A stretch of 64,000 bases of DNA from an uncultured delta proteobacterium (GTDB taxonomy: Bacteria > Desulfobacterota > Binatia > Binatales > Binataceae), in assembly GCA_963734845.1 (NCBI GenBank), contig CAVTIS010000008.1, positions 236,419-300,418 on the forward strand, read 5' to 3'. Below, piece by piece: positions 1 through 9,824 of the stretch. Position numbers and translations under genes: made by a program. The stretch's first letter is position 1. Each line of letters opens with the position of its first letter. Below the pieces are notes generated by a model, which was given only the letters and a program-made list of their open reading frames with translations, was not told the DNA's origin and ran no database searches.

Positions 1-213
1 CCGGCGGTGGGAACTGCCCGGCGCGCAGCAATCGCCAGATCGTGCTGTGACTCAGCTTCAGTCGGTTGCGCAGATCGGACTCGCGTAATAGTTCAAGGCT
101 GTTCGCGTCCATGCACGAAATTTTCTCGTACTAGAAGAACGCCGTCGAACCTCGCAGAAATCGGCCCGATTATTGGCTGGTATTCGGCAGGGAAACTATA
201 CGCAACTGCTCGT

Positions 214-714
214 TCATAGTTTTGTTGCTCTCAGAGCACGGAAGCACAGGGTTCTGAAGCTGTCTGTGTTTGGGTCTCCTTTGAACGCCAGTGCGTAAAG
301 CGCCGACCCTTCATCGTATAGGGGAGTTCCTGCGCGCTCGATCGCAAGGTGATACCAATCGCGGCAAAAGAGCATTTTGACTGGATTCGCTGGCCGATGC
401 GCCGCGTGAGTAAAAATCGGAAGGTAGCCAGCGAGGCTTTCCGCGAGGAATTTCAGGTCGGTTATCAGATTCGCCGTGGGTTCCGGTGCGAGCGGTGGTA
501 TAGGGCCCAACTCGGGTACGACACTAATCTGTTGGACTTTGGTCAGAGCTTTGGCCGTTCCCTTGCACATAGCCACAGCTTTCATTATCCGCGTACGCGT
601 CAGTGCACCGCTGAGGGTATGCTCGTACGCGCGAAGCCCTAACGGCCCGGAATCTGCGTCAATGAGAGCGGCTGAAGTTCGCCTCACGGCCCCGTGGTTA
701 AGTAAGAAAGCCAT
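214..714 (-). CDS. hypothetical protein (166 aa), no recognisable motifs; overlaps the upstream ORF by 31 nt in another frame, so possibly one gene split by a frameshift
   Basis: Six-frame ORF with non-repetitive, protein-like composition in a lower-GC region; no family recognised by eye. Confidence 0.3.
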   Translation of the reverse strand: MAFLLNHGAVRRTSAALIDADSGPLGLRAYEHTLSGALTRTRIMKAVAMCKGTAKALTKVQQISVVPELGPIPPLAPEPTANLITDLKFLAESLAGYLPIFTHAAHRPANPVKMLFCRDWYHLAIERAGTPLYDEGSALYALAFKGDPNTDSFRTLCFRALRATKL

Positions 715-1061
715 GCCTCTTCTGGCGTGATGCAGTACCGGAGGAGCGAGGCTAACGTTCCGGTCTTTAGGACCACTGATTCCTGATCGGGATCGTCTGA
801 CAATTCCCGAATGGCGTTAGTGACGTCGCCGGATGTCCCCAAAGTGAAAAACTTTATCAGCAGCTCGTCGTTAAATGGCGCCAACATCGGAGGCACTTCC
901 AACTCCCCCCGCCCGCTGACCCTCTGCTCCCCTGTGCGATTGTCGCGAATCGAGTAATCAAAGCGGACCCTGACAGCCTGCGGATCGTCTTCCGGGCGGT
1001 TACGCTGCCACCCTATCCCGATGATGGTGAGAGGTTTGTCAGACTTCCGACGGCTTGCCAT
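684..1061 (-). CDS. hypothetical protein (125 aa)
   Basis: ORF directly upstream of, and co-directional with, 214..714; no recognisable motifs. Confidence 0.3.
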   Translation of the reverse strand: MASRRKSDKPLTIIGIGWQRNRPEDDPQAVRVRFDYSIRDNRTGEQRVSGRGELEVPPMLAPFNDELLIKFFTLGTSGDVTNAIRELSDDPDQESVVLKTGTLASLLRYCITPEEAWLSYLTTGP

Positions 1062-1531
1062 CGCAATCTCGCAATACAGTGCTGAAGTTTTGTAGGATTC
1101 GCGAATCTGCTTTAGCGCGTCTTGGACCTTTCTAACAACGCTCCTTGCACTTCTGGAGGATATTCGTTTCGAGTGCCGCAGATTGCTAATGATGCCCGTA
1201 GGGTTTTGGCGAGTTATCTCACGTCACCTAGCCTAGCAAATTCAAAGGTTTTTTCTGATAAGATGCTACGTCAGATCACCCTCTAGAATCCCGTTGTACG
1301 CTGACACGGCTGAAGTCGAGATGAACACTCGCCGGTGCACCTACAAGGATGCGTTACACGATGGAGTATCCACAATACCATCGAAACACCGACGCCACTC
1401 TTCCCGCCCTTGTCACGTGAAATCGATGTGTCGGTCGGCGGTGGTGTCATCGATATGTGTGGTGGTATCGGGTCGACCTGATATTCCGACGGATAAAGGA
1501 CGTTGTCATTCGTGAGTGAGGTAAAGGTTGA

Positions 1532-2359
1532 GTGAGTTATCAAGATAAGCTCAAGAGGCATCTCGCCGATTATAAGCGGCTGCACCTCGGCATTAGCGAG
1601 CCCGGAATCTTCCGGTACCGGGGCCACGAGGTGCTGCACGAGCATATCCTCCCACTTGCGAAAGAGTACAGAAATCTCTTTGAAGAGGCGGAACCGTTAG
1701 CGCGTGCTTTCCTTGAGAAACACCCTAATAAACGTCACCAGTATTTTCATCACTTGAATTCATCGCAGGCATTCGCCTTCAATCTGTTCTTTCCTTATTT
1801 CACCGGCGGACCGGAAGCCGCTTCTGCGCTACTGCGAGCGCTCGGCCAGCAAGGAATCCTCGACGGCTGGGAACCAGAAGCGGTGCCGGAACCCTGCGAG
1901 GGGAGCAACGTAGACGTGTGTTGGACCACCACGAACGGCGCGCGAACCTTCTGCGAGGTAAAACTCTCTGAGGCTGACTTCGGCAAGGCCGCTGATGACG
2001 CTCGGCACCGGGCCAAGCTTAAAAATATATACAGCCCGGTGCTTGCTGCGCATCTGGAGCCTGGGCAGCTTGAGAGGCAGGCCTTTTTCGGCGCTTACCA
2101 GTTCAATCGCAACGTCTGGCACATGGTGCGCGCAGACCACAACCGTTTGATGTTCCTGGTAGCACGCTCGAACGACATTTTGTGGAAGCAGCTAAAGGAG
2201 CTGTTGTTGGGAGTGGCGCTCCGCGCTCGGAGTCGCATTTCAGTGGTGGCCATCGAAGATGTTCTCGCCAACCTCTCCGAAGACGACCTATGCCCCAAGG
2301 GATTCCGTGAATACGCGAAAAAACTGAAACAGAAATACTTGATTCTAAGCACCCCCTAA
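1532..2359 (+). CDS. PD-(D/E)xK (restriction-endonuclease-fold) nuclease-like protein, 275 aa
   Basis: Contains 'SNVDVCW...TFCEVKLSEADF', a D...E-x-K arrangement typical of the PD-(D/E)xK catalytic core; lower-GC gene beside IS remnants. Confidence 0.5.
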   Translation: MSYQDKLKRHLADYKRLHLGISEPGIFRYRGHEVLHEHILPLAKEYRNLFEEAEPLARAFLEKHPNKRHQYFHHLNSSQAFAFNLFFPYFTGGPEAASALLRALGQQGILDGWEPEAVPEPCEGSNVDVCWTTTNGARTFCEVKLSEADFGKAADDARHRAKLKNIYSPVLAAHLEPGQLERQAFFGAYQFNRNVWHMVRADHNRLMFLVARSNDILWKQLKELLLGVALRARSRISVVAIEDVLANLSEDDLCPKGFREYAKKLKQKYLILSTP

Positions 2360-3047
2360 CAAGCGCCAAGACCGCGCAGCGTGACTGACCCCGGTCCAGG
2401 CGCGACGGTGCAAAAAGCGCCAACTGCGGGTACTAGGCCAAGCAACCCCGCCACGATGGCTCGCAACATAACATTTAGGAGTTTTGTGTATCTTCCCTAA
2501 AACGTCATTCAAAATGATCCTCGCCCTCGGTACGCGCGTAAAAGGGTGGGAACACACCAAATTCACCAAATCCCGGAGAGTCGATTCAGGAAATGTGCTG
2601 TCAAAGTATGATCTCAAACTCCGTAGTGGTCAGTTTGAAATCCGCAGCCGTTGGGTACTAGGACGCTAGGGGGATAAGTAGGAGATCGGCGGAGGTGAGA
2701 TAGATTGATTACGTATTTCATCGAATATGGCCGACAGTCTTCCTCGCGTACAAAACCAGCCGACTGCTGTAAATAAGGCAAGCGCTAAGCACATCGTCCC
2801 AGCTAATAAATTGATACTTGGAATGGACGGTAGATGCAGGTCCCATTTCAGGTGACCACGATCATCTAGATCGGCTCCTGCAGCCGTGACTAGAAAAACG
2901 AGGCCCGTTGGAAAGCTCGCAAAGAACCAATCTTTCCAAGTCTTCTCCCCAGCATGTCTGATGCGCTCTAGGTGGCCCTCATCAACTCCGTACCATCCAG
3001 GCGGAACTCCACGAAAGTCGAAGCGACTTTGCGCGAAATTCCGAAAA

Positions 3048-3380
3048 TCAGTCGTATTTTCTAGTGAGCTGATTTGGCCGCTTTCTCGAAGTAGTCTCGC
3101 GCTTGCGAGAGCCTGTCAGGGGGAAGAGTTGAGCAAGAATCTCTCGCTTACCATCAACGGCTGTGCTTTTCGCGAGCACGTCTATGTCCGCCGGCTTGAG
3201 GCAAGCGACGCGCAGATCCTGTGCTTGCTGGAAGATGATCCATTCATACAAACGCAATGCGTCCTGCACGAGGTTGGTTAGACGGTCGTCTTGCTTTTCG
3301 GCCTTAATTTCGGTGATCTCGGCCAACTCCGAGAGCGCTTGCCACGTCGCATCGTTAAACGTGATCGGTCTAATCGGCAT
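3048..3380 (-). CDS. small hypothetical protein (110 aa), possibly a ribbon-helix-helix-like regulator
   Basis: Protein-like ORF ('PITFNDATWQALSELAEITEI', beta-strand then helices); competes with overlapping plus-strand ORF 2886..3281, which looks less protein-like. Confidence 0.25.
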   Translation of the reverse strand: MPIRPITFNDATWQALSELAEITEIKAEKQDDRLTNLVQDALRLYEWIIFQQAQDLRVACLKPADIDVLAKSTAVDGKREILAQLFPLTGSRKRETTSRKRPNQLTRKYD

Positions 3381-3995
3381 ATCGTTTTATTTCCTCCATT
3401 CTTGAGACGTGGCGCGACCTTACTGCTTGCTTGGCTGCTTACCTGCTTTTTCTATGCGGGTAGGGCTTTTCGGTATCCAAGGCGGATCTGCCGTTCCTGG
3501 GGGTCGGTCTTTTCGAGGGTCCACAGGAACGAACTGAATGGGCATCGCATCGCATACGATAGCTTTGACATCTTTGTCAACAGTATGGCCTATTTAAAAA
3601 TATTCTCATCACATGCCGACCGCAATGCCGATGACGTAGAACCATTCATGATTCGAGCCAAGCACCCAAAGCCAAAAAGCTTTGACATCCCCACGCGTAA
3701 GTATGAAAACCGCCCACTCCCTGAACACCGAAACGCGTATTTCTTACGCTTTTCGCCCAATGCTACGGCACTTTCTTAACGCTTGGTGCCGTCTTTCCGC
3801 CCAAATTACGATCTGCCTGAACGGCCTGTAGCCGGGCCGCAGCGTCGTTTCGGGCGTCGGGCGCGGCAACGGCGGCACGCGTCTGTAGGCTCAAGCGCTC
3901 CGCAATTGACCAAGCGTGATCGCTGACGCCAAAGCGCCATAGCAGAGCGTACAGCGGAGCGTTTCGTGGACGCGACAGAGACTGTAGAAGGCAAT

Positions 3996-4290
3996 TCACA
4001 GGTCCACGGCTGCGCGGTGATTCTCAAGCTTCTTGCTGAATCCGTTTGTTAGGCGTGTAAAGCGGCGCATCTGCTCTGTGACGAAAGGTTGAAGCGCTCC
4101 GCGTATGACGTACTGATCTTTTCGGAATCGCGTGCCTCTTATTACGGTCTTGTCGATGCCCGTCTCTTCACCCGCTCGCCGGTGAGCGATGGCCAGGCTC
4201 TCCCGGCTCCATTCGTCGATTACTGCTAGCGCGCGAAAGCCTCCCCCGTCGAGCAGCCGATCGTGGACGAAATCGAGCGCCCACGCCTGA
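3996..4290 (-). mobile_element. mosaic of transposase remnants: IS3-family OrfB fragment fused to an IS1-family InsB-like C-terminal fragment (non-functional)
   Basis: Within ORF 3996..4619, 'WALDFVHDRLLDGGGFRALAVIDEWSRESLAI' matches the conserved IS3 OrfB 'W..DF..D.L.DGR.FR.L.V.D.FSRE.LA' block. The C-terminus 'RFTRLTNGFSKKLENH' resembles IS1 InsB 'RL.R...SFSKSVELH'. The N-terminal ~110 aa are unrelated. Confidence 0.5.
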
Positions 4291-4623
4291 TTTGGGCCAC
4301 CGGTGCGGCCGGGTAGTGTCCTTAGGGGACACTGCCCGGCAAACCAAGTGCCGGCCGGCGCCGTGCACTGCAGCGATACCGCGGATCCAAAACTCACGCC
4401 GCTTTTCGTCCCGCCCTCAGACGTGAAGGGCGGGCCGGAAAAGCTGTCCCCGGCGCAGCCCGAAACGCCAGCGGGAACGAGCAAGTAGCTAGAGGTTGTC
4501 AATTGAGTCTGTTGAGTGCGATAAATGCCGGAAACACCGGTACCAACCGACCACATCAGGCCGAAATCTCGACCGCCGGTCGGTATACTTTCGCGGGGCG
4601 GGTCATTTCCGGCAGACACTAAC

Positions 4624-4975
4624 CTATCGGTGAGATACTTCGATGGGGTAAGGCCAGTGGGCCTCGAGTTGTTCTCGAACCTCGGTTGGCTGCTTGACTA
4701 TAGCGTAGCTCCAAACGCCGAAGCTCCCGTCGGCATTTACGGCTTCGACCCATCGTAGTGCCGCCTGTTCTTTCACCTCTTTTCGAGGATCAAAACCTTT
4801 TACCTCCAAAATTAGGTAGATCGGTGGAACTGTCTTAAGACGGATGATGAAATCGGGCACGTAGTCGTGGGCCTCGCCATTATAAAAATATGGGATCGCG
4901 AATCCCAGTCCTGCGTTCTTTACAAACGCATCAACCGAATCATGCGTGTCGATCAAATATGCCGCAGACTGCTCC
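4624..4975 (-). pseudogene. 5'-truncated gene encoding a C-terminal PD-(D/E)xK nuclease domain of the type III restriction Res / helicase-associated endonuclease kind, cut by the IS3 insertion
   Basis: 'HDYVPDFIIRLK...IYLILEVKGFDPRKEVKEQAALRWVEAVN' carries the D...E-x-K motif of the Res C-terminal endonuclease domain. ORF 4624..5133 runs into the IS left end at 4976, and its first ~52 codons are IS sequence read in antisense. Confidence 0.5.
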
Positions 4976-5040
4976 TGGCCTGCACCCCGAAAACTCCGCC
5001 GAAATGAGGTAGAGTCCGTCGCCTGAAAAGGAGACGGGCG

Positions 5041-5307
5041 ATGAAAGGGAGCCGCTTCAGCGAGGAGCAGATCATTGGGGTGCTGCGCGAGCACGAGGTC
5101 GGCGCGAAGACCGAAGAGGTCTGCCGGCGGCACGGGATCTCAAGCGCAACGTTCTACAAATGGAAAGCGAAGTACGGTGGCCTGGAGGTGTCGGAGGCAC
5201 GCCGGCTGAAAGCGCTGGAGGACGAGAACCGGCGCCTTAAGCGGCTGCTGGCCGAGTCGATGCTGGACAACGCGGCGCTCAAGGACTTGCTCGGAAAAAA
5301 CGTCTGA
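5041..5307 (+). CDS. IS3-family transposase OrfA (HTH, leucine zipper)
   Basis: '[47 protein letters not shown]...[29 protein letters not shown]' is canonical IS3 OrfA. Confidence 0.9.
   Translation: MKGSRFSEEQIIGVLREHEVGAKTEEVCRRHGISSATFYKWKAKYGGLEVSEARRLKALEDENRRLKRLLAESMLDNAALKDLLGKNV
5295..5301 (+). promoter_or_regulatory. programmed -1 ribosomal frameshift heptamer A_AAA_AAC joining orfA to orfB
   Basis: Slippery X_XXY_YYZ heptamer in the correct phase 4 nt before the orfA stop. The -1 frame continues '[26 protein letters not shown]...', a typical OrfB N-terminus. Confidence 0.65.
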
Positions 5308-5330
5308 AGCCTGCGGCGCGGCGAGAAGCA

Positions 5331-6170
5331 GTGATTCGGGCGATTGAGCGTCACGGGCTGAGTCAGCGGCACGCGTGCGAGCTGGTGGGATTGGATCGTT
5401 CGACTCTGCGCTACCGGCGCAGACGACCGGACGACTCGGCACTGAGGCAACGTCTTAGGGAGCTGGCCGCGGAGCGGCGGCGCTTCGGGTATCGGCGATT
5501 AGGCTGGATGCTGGCGCGTGAGGGTCATGCGCTGAACCATAAGAAGCTCTACCGACTGTACCGCGAGGAGCGGCTGATGGTACGCCGCCGCCGAGGGCGC
5601 AAGCGGGCACTAGGTACACGGACACCAATGATGCTGCCGAGTGCGATCAATCAGCGGTGGTCGCTCGACTTCGTCTCCGACACCCTCAGCGATGGCCGCC
5701 GCTTCCGCATTCTGTGCATCGTCGACGACTTCAGCCGCGAGTGCCTGGCAGCGGTGGTCGACACTTCACTCGGCGGCGTAAGGGTCGTGCGCGAACTGGA
5801 GAGGCTTACGATGGAGCGAGCCACACCGGACACCGTGGTTAGCGACAATGGAACCGAACTCACTAGTAGTGCGGTGCTGCGCTGGGCGACGAGAAGGGTA
5901 GCCTGGCATTACATCGAGCCGGGCAAGCCGGTGCAGAACGCCTTCATCGAATCGTTCAACAGCAAGTTGCGCGACGAATGCCTCAACGAGTACGTGTTCA
6001 CCAGCCTCTGGGAGGCACGCGCGATCATCGAGGCGTGGCGGCACGACTACAATCACCTGCGGCCGCACTCGAGTCTCGGTGCTCTCACCCCGAGCGAGTT
6101 CGCGGCGCTCAAACGGGAGCAAACAACACCGCCCCAGGAGGGCGAAATAACCGACGGTCTCTACTTATGA
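5331..6170 (+). CDS. IS3-family transposase OrfB (DDE integrase core); the true product is an OrfAB fusion made by frameshifting at 5295-5301
   Basis: '[38 protein letters not shown]...SDNGTELTS...[24 protein letters not shown]' carries the DDE motif blocks. Confidence 0.9.
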   Translation: MIRAIERHGLSQRHACELVGLDRSTLRYRRRRPDDSALRQRLRELAAERRRFGYRRLGWMLAREGHALNHKKLYRLYREERLMVRRRRGRKRALGTRTPMMLPSAINQRWSLDFVSDTLSDGRRFRILCIVDDFSRECLAAVVDTSLGGVRVVRELERLTMERATPDTVVSDNGTELTSSAVLRWATRRVAWHYIEPGKPVQNAFIESFNSKLRDECLNEYVFTSLWEARAIIEAWRHDYNHLRPHSSLGALTPSEFAALKREQTTPPQEGEITDGLYL

Positions 6171-6274
6171 ATGGTGGGAACTTGGGGGGCAGGCCAGGGC
6201 TCGTCGACGACCGGGCGCGATGACCCTGGGTTCGGGCCGAAGTTTCGGGGGAAGTCGCGCGCGTTGTCACTGCA

Positions 6275-6907
6275 TTGCGGCTGTTTGGTAACGGCGACGT
6301 GGGCATCCCAGCGGTCCTGGGCACAAGTACTGGGCTGTTCGAGAAGTTTGCCTATCAATACGTTTTCGACGGGCGAGCGCGAAACTCAGGCCGCATATAC
6401 GAGTTGCGTGCGGCCGATTGGGACGCCTTCACGAAAGTTTATGACGCCCTTGGAGCCATCGACGGCAAGATGTCGATTCCATCGCGCAGATTTAACCAGG
6501 CTTACGGCAGGCCGTCAGGCGAAGACAACATTATCGATCTGATGATCGCTCTGGAAAGCTGTCTTTTGCCGGCGAAAAATACCGAACTGCAATACCGGCT
6601 GTCGATGCGAGGAGCCGCCCTGCTTACCAGTTTGAGGAACCCGGTGGAAACCCAAGCCCTGCTGAAGACCTTGTATGAAATCCGTAGTGAAATCGTCCAC
6701 AACGGGAAGCTGCTCTCCGACCGTAGGGTCCTAGGAAAATTGAAAGTCTCGGTTCGGTTGTCGCCAAAGATTTTCTGCATGCTTGAGGACGTGGTGCGCG
6801 ATGTTCTGAGGGAATCGATCCTTCGGCTGGCTACGGATGGAACACTTAGGGCTCTAAGTGAAGACCTCGACGCGAAAGTACTGTCGGGACTATTGCCGCT
6901 CGCGTGA
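6275..6907 (+). CDS. hypothetical protein with a HEPN-like R-x4-H motif (210 aa); candidate abortive-infection or toxin-type RNase
   Basis: 'LYEIRSEIVHNG' fits the HEPN R-x4-6-H signature; mostly helical-looking sequence; lower GC; sits in an IS-scarred island next to nuclease-fold genes. Confidence 0.4.
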   Translation: MRLFGNGDVGIPAVLGTSTGLFEKFAYQYVFDGRARNSGRIYELRAADWDAFTKVYDALGAIDGKMSIPSRRFNQAYGRPSGEDNIIDLMIALESCLLPAKNTELQYRLSMRGAALLTSLRNPVETQALLKTLYEIRSEIVHNGKLLSDRRVLGKLKVSVRLSPKIFCMLEDVVRDVLRESILRLATDGTLRALSEDLDAKVLSGLLPLA

Positions 6908-7026
6908 CAAATGACCTCGGTTTCTTTCGAAGGCGCGTGTGAGCACCGGGTGCTCGCAAAGATCAGGACGCTATTGGCGATCGCCGAATTAGCAAATGCT
7001 GATCGCTAATATATTGACGCCAGCTC

Positions 7027-8019
7027 TTAGCAGTTGCGGAAGGGTCCAAGGCCTCTCAACATCCACGCCAGCGCCGCCAATTGGCAATGATCATTCTCAG
7101 TGAATACGTATGACTTTTCGTTTTCGAGGAGCGCTTTGGTTAACAGAGGAAACGCGATGGCCCCGAAAAGCAGATGATGCCACGACTCCCATCGACGCGG
7201 TATTCGCGACTGAATCCGTCCGTGAGCAAAATCGCCTCGGAGCCGGTAAAATTCGCGCATCCAGTCTCGAAGTAATGTGAAGTCGAAGTAGAGTAGTGGA
7301 TTCTTCGGAACGATCGCTTCGATAAATCGCTTGGCTATTGCGTCGCTGTTCCCCGGAGCCCTGAGAATTCGCTCCAGCGCGGATGACATAAGCACCCATT
7401 CGAGCTGCTCACTCATACGCTCGTTGTCAGTATTCGCCTGATTGAAGCAATAGATTGCCTCCTGCCAGGCGGCCCAACGTTCAGAATCGGAACCGGTAAG
7501 TACGATGTCACGAAAGTTTGCAAGCGCGCGAAAGAAGTCTTCGTCCAGCGACACTTGCGGAACCACCGCAGCATGTATGGGCACGTGAACTCGCATCGCG
7601 ATACCAGCGGCAGGCCCAAAAGCTGTGTTGTTCCGTCTCCGGAACATTGGCGCTCTAACGCCGGTCACAGAGTCGAATCGACGCTCGTAATACAAGAAGC
7701 AGTCAGAGTTGCAATATGGCTGGGCGCGACCGAGGAACTCTCGGTCAGAAAGCCCTGAAAGACAAGCAATGTCGATGTAGTCTCGAATCGCCACGACATC
7801 CGCAGGGTCTACAAAGTAGTCGAGCAGGATGTGGTTGTGCAGGCTTACTACGGCGAACTTCTCTACGGGCTGTCCGGTGATGTCTATGAAGTCCGATAGA
7901 ACCGATCGGACGGACCTTATTGTTTCATCGTCCAACCGAGCAGGTGGATGGCTTAGATCAATTGGAAGAAGGGTAACGCCTCCCGCACTGAACGCACGGT
8001 CCAAATGACACCATGGCAA
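7027..8019 (-). CDS. hypothetical protein with a C-terminal HEPN-like motif (330 aa, TTG start as called)
   Basis: 'FYRLRGDFAHGRI' (R-x4-H-x-R) resembles the Abi_2/AbiD-type HEPN motif R[ND]xxAHG; convergent with the 6275..6907 gene. Confidence 0.4.
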   Translation of the reverse strand: MPWCHLDRAFSAGGVTLLPIDLSHPPARLDDETIRSVRSVLSDFIDITGQPVEKFAVVSLHNHILLDYFVDPADVVAIRDYIDIACLSGLSDREFLGRAQPYCNSDCFLYYERRFDSVTGVRAPMFRRRNNTAFGPAAGIAMRVHVPIHAAVVPQVSLDEDFFRALANFRDIVLTGSDSERWAAWQEAIYCFNQANTDNERMSEQLEWVLMSSALERILRAPGNSDAIAKRFIEAIVPKNPLLYFDFTLLRDWMREFYRLRGDFAHGRIQSRIPRRWESWHHLLFGAIAFPLLTKALLENEKSYVFTENDHCQLAALAWMLRGLGPFRNC

Positions 8020-8360
8020 GAAATGTAGCGATCGCAGCAGGGCTCCGCCTCCGCTGATACGTTACTCCCTCGAGCGTTTTAAGGACTGGATCTGCCCCCG
8101 TCCTTCACGTCCCTTATTATGATGATGGCAGCCCCTATACTTGCGCGGCGCGCGGGACAGCTGGCGATAGCTTAGGCGTTTCGGCTTCTGTCGCGAGCCG
8201 CCTGCCAAAGCCTCCCAGCGGATCGCCGCTTATTCACCGGATGTTCAAACCGGTGGTGCCCTAAAACTGTAGCATATAGGCAGGATTTTAGGCCGCACTG
8301 CCCACTCGGTGCCCACGTTTCCTGAAGTACTGGAGCGCCTTCTCGGGCAGCTTGGCTGAA

Positions 8361-8915
8361 TCAAGGCGATAGCTTCTTGTCGTCTGTTATCGCCGGCTGC
8401 GGCGATGCCGGTTCCGGCGTAACGTCCACCGTCTGCGCGTCCAGCCGCTCCAGCACCCGCCGGACGGCCTCCAGCGGAATGCCGCCATCGGGATCCGTGA
8501 TCGCAAGCCTCTGCGGCATATCGAGCCCTAGCAGTCGCGCCTCCCGCGCCTCGAGCTTGATGAGCGCCTCAGCCGCCCTGATGGGATCAGCGCTCGCCTG
8601 GTTCCAGAGCAGCATTCGGACCGCCTGCAGGCGGATGAGCTGAGCTTCGCGCGCTTGATCGGCCTCCTGCTTGGGGATCCGCGCCAGCGCCCGACGCACC
8701 GCGCGCCAAGCACCGCTGGCGCTGGCAACGCCAAAGCCCGCCGCCGCTATCTGCTGGAAAGTGGCGCCCTTGATCCACAGAGACAGAGCCTTCTGCTCGT
8801 TCTCCCGAGCTTGGAGTTGCGCGGGCCGCGACGAGTGGTCGCCGCCGCCGCGTTTTGATTGTCCTATGGTGTTGACCGCTCCAGCCATCCGCCCGCCCTC
8901 AGCGTCCTCGTTCAC
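8361..8915 (-). CDS. HTH-containing hypothetical protein (184 aa), possibly a phage- or terminase-small-subunit-like DNA-binding protein
   Basis: 'QKALSLWIKGATFQQIAAAGFGVASASGAWRAVRRAL' looks like a helix-turn-helix, followed by a helical acidic C-terminus; no firm family assignment. Confidence 0.35.
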   Translation of the reverse strand: MNEDAEGGRMAGAVNTIGQSKRGGGDHSSRPAQLQARENEQKALSLWIKGATFQQIAAAGFGVASASGAWRAVRRALARIPKQEADQAREAQLIRLQAVRMLLWNQASADPIRAAEALIKLEAREARLLGLDMPQRLAITDPDGGIPLEAVRRVLERLDAQTVDVTPEPASPQPAITDDKKLSP

Positions 8916-9322
8916 CGGTCTCAGTATAGCACTCTGCGCATGCCGACCAGGCGCGACCTCACGCTGCTCGCCCTCGGGAACCTAACGTTTCGGACGAGTC
9001 GCAAGGGTCCAGACCTGCGCAGATTCGGGCCACGAAGCCGATTCTCCGCTGGGCCAGCTTCTGTGCCGTTTCTACGAAACCCTCGATCATGAACGTCAAC
9101 AGCCGCCCGGATTGGCAATCCACGCCTCCAGCAGGAGGTCGTTCGGCAGATACTGTCCACTGTATGCAAATGTAAAGCTGGTGCCGGAAGTCAGCGGTTT
9201 GCTGGTCGGCGAGATTGCTCCGGCGGGCGCGCCGAAAATCTCGACCTGGAGCGGATTCCCTGGCTTCGGGTTCAGCGGGTTACCGTGATCGTCGTGAGGC
9301 GTCAGTTTCACCGTGATCGGCC

Positions 9323-9824
9323 TTGGCGCGCATCGGGGCACTGTATGCCATCGAACAAGAGATCCGCGGGCGCCCACCCGACCAGCGGCAGCAAGTGCGC
9401 AACGCACGGGCCCAACCGTTGCTCGCAGCTTTGCGGCAGTGGTTCGCAGAAAGCTTGACCAAGCTGGCGCGAAAATCCGCTACCACCGCGGCGATTCGCT
9501 ACGCGCTCGCGCGCTGGGAAGCCTTGGTACGCTATGGCCGATGATGGCCGCCTCGAGATCGACAACAACGCCGCCGAGCGCGCCTTACGCCCAGTGGCGC
9601 TGGGTCGGAAGAACTATTTGTTTGCGGGATCGGACGCCGGCGGCAAGCGCGCGGCGGCCATCTACAGTCTGATCGGCTCAGCGAAACTTAACGGCCTTGA
9701 TCCTGAAGCGTACCTGCGCGAAGTCCTGACGCGCATCGCCGACCACCCCATCACGCACATCGAGGAGTTGCTGCCTTGGCAGATCGTCGCAAGCCTACCG
9801 CCCGCAATCGAAAGGGCAGCGTAA
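9323..9824 (+). pseudogene. IS66-family transposase TnpC, C-terminal ~170 aa only, with an internal frameshift at ~9536
   Basis: 'LYAIEQEIRGRPPDQRQQVRNARAQPLLAALRQW...AIRYALARWEALVRY' then, in the other frame, 'DDGRLEIDNNAAERALRPVALGRKNYLFAGSDAGGKRAAAIYSLIGSAKLNGLDPEAYLREVLTRIADHPI' is the canonical TnpC C-terminus. The N-terminal ~350 aa and tnpA/tnpB are absent. Confidence 0.85.

Larger units (their letters stand above)
4976..6196 (+). mobile_element. IS3-family insertion sequence (IS407-like group), 1221 bp, apparently intact
   Basis: orfA plus orfB in the -1 frame. Imperfect terminal inverted repeats: left 'TGGCCTGCACCCCGAAAAC' at 4976, right end '...GGGGGGCAGGCCA' at 6196 (reverse-complement match over ~13 nt), with 5'-TG...CA-3' termini. 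No clear target-site duplication. Confidence 0.85.

Noticed and set aside
3291-3779. 162-aa plus-strand ORF
   Set aside because: Arg/Phe/Leu-rich, composition not protein-like; it overlaps the better-looking 3048..3380 minus ORF and lies in a region of IS debris
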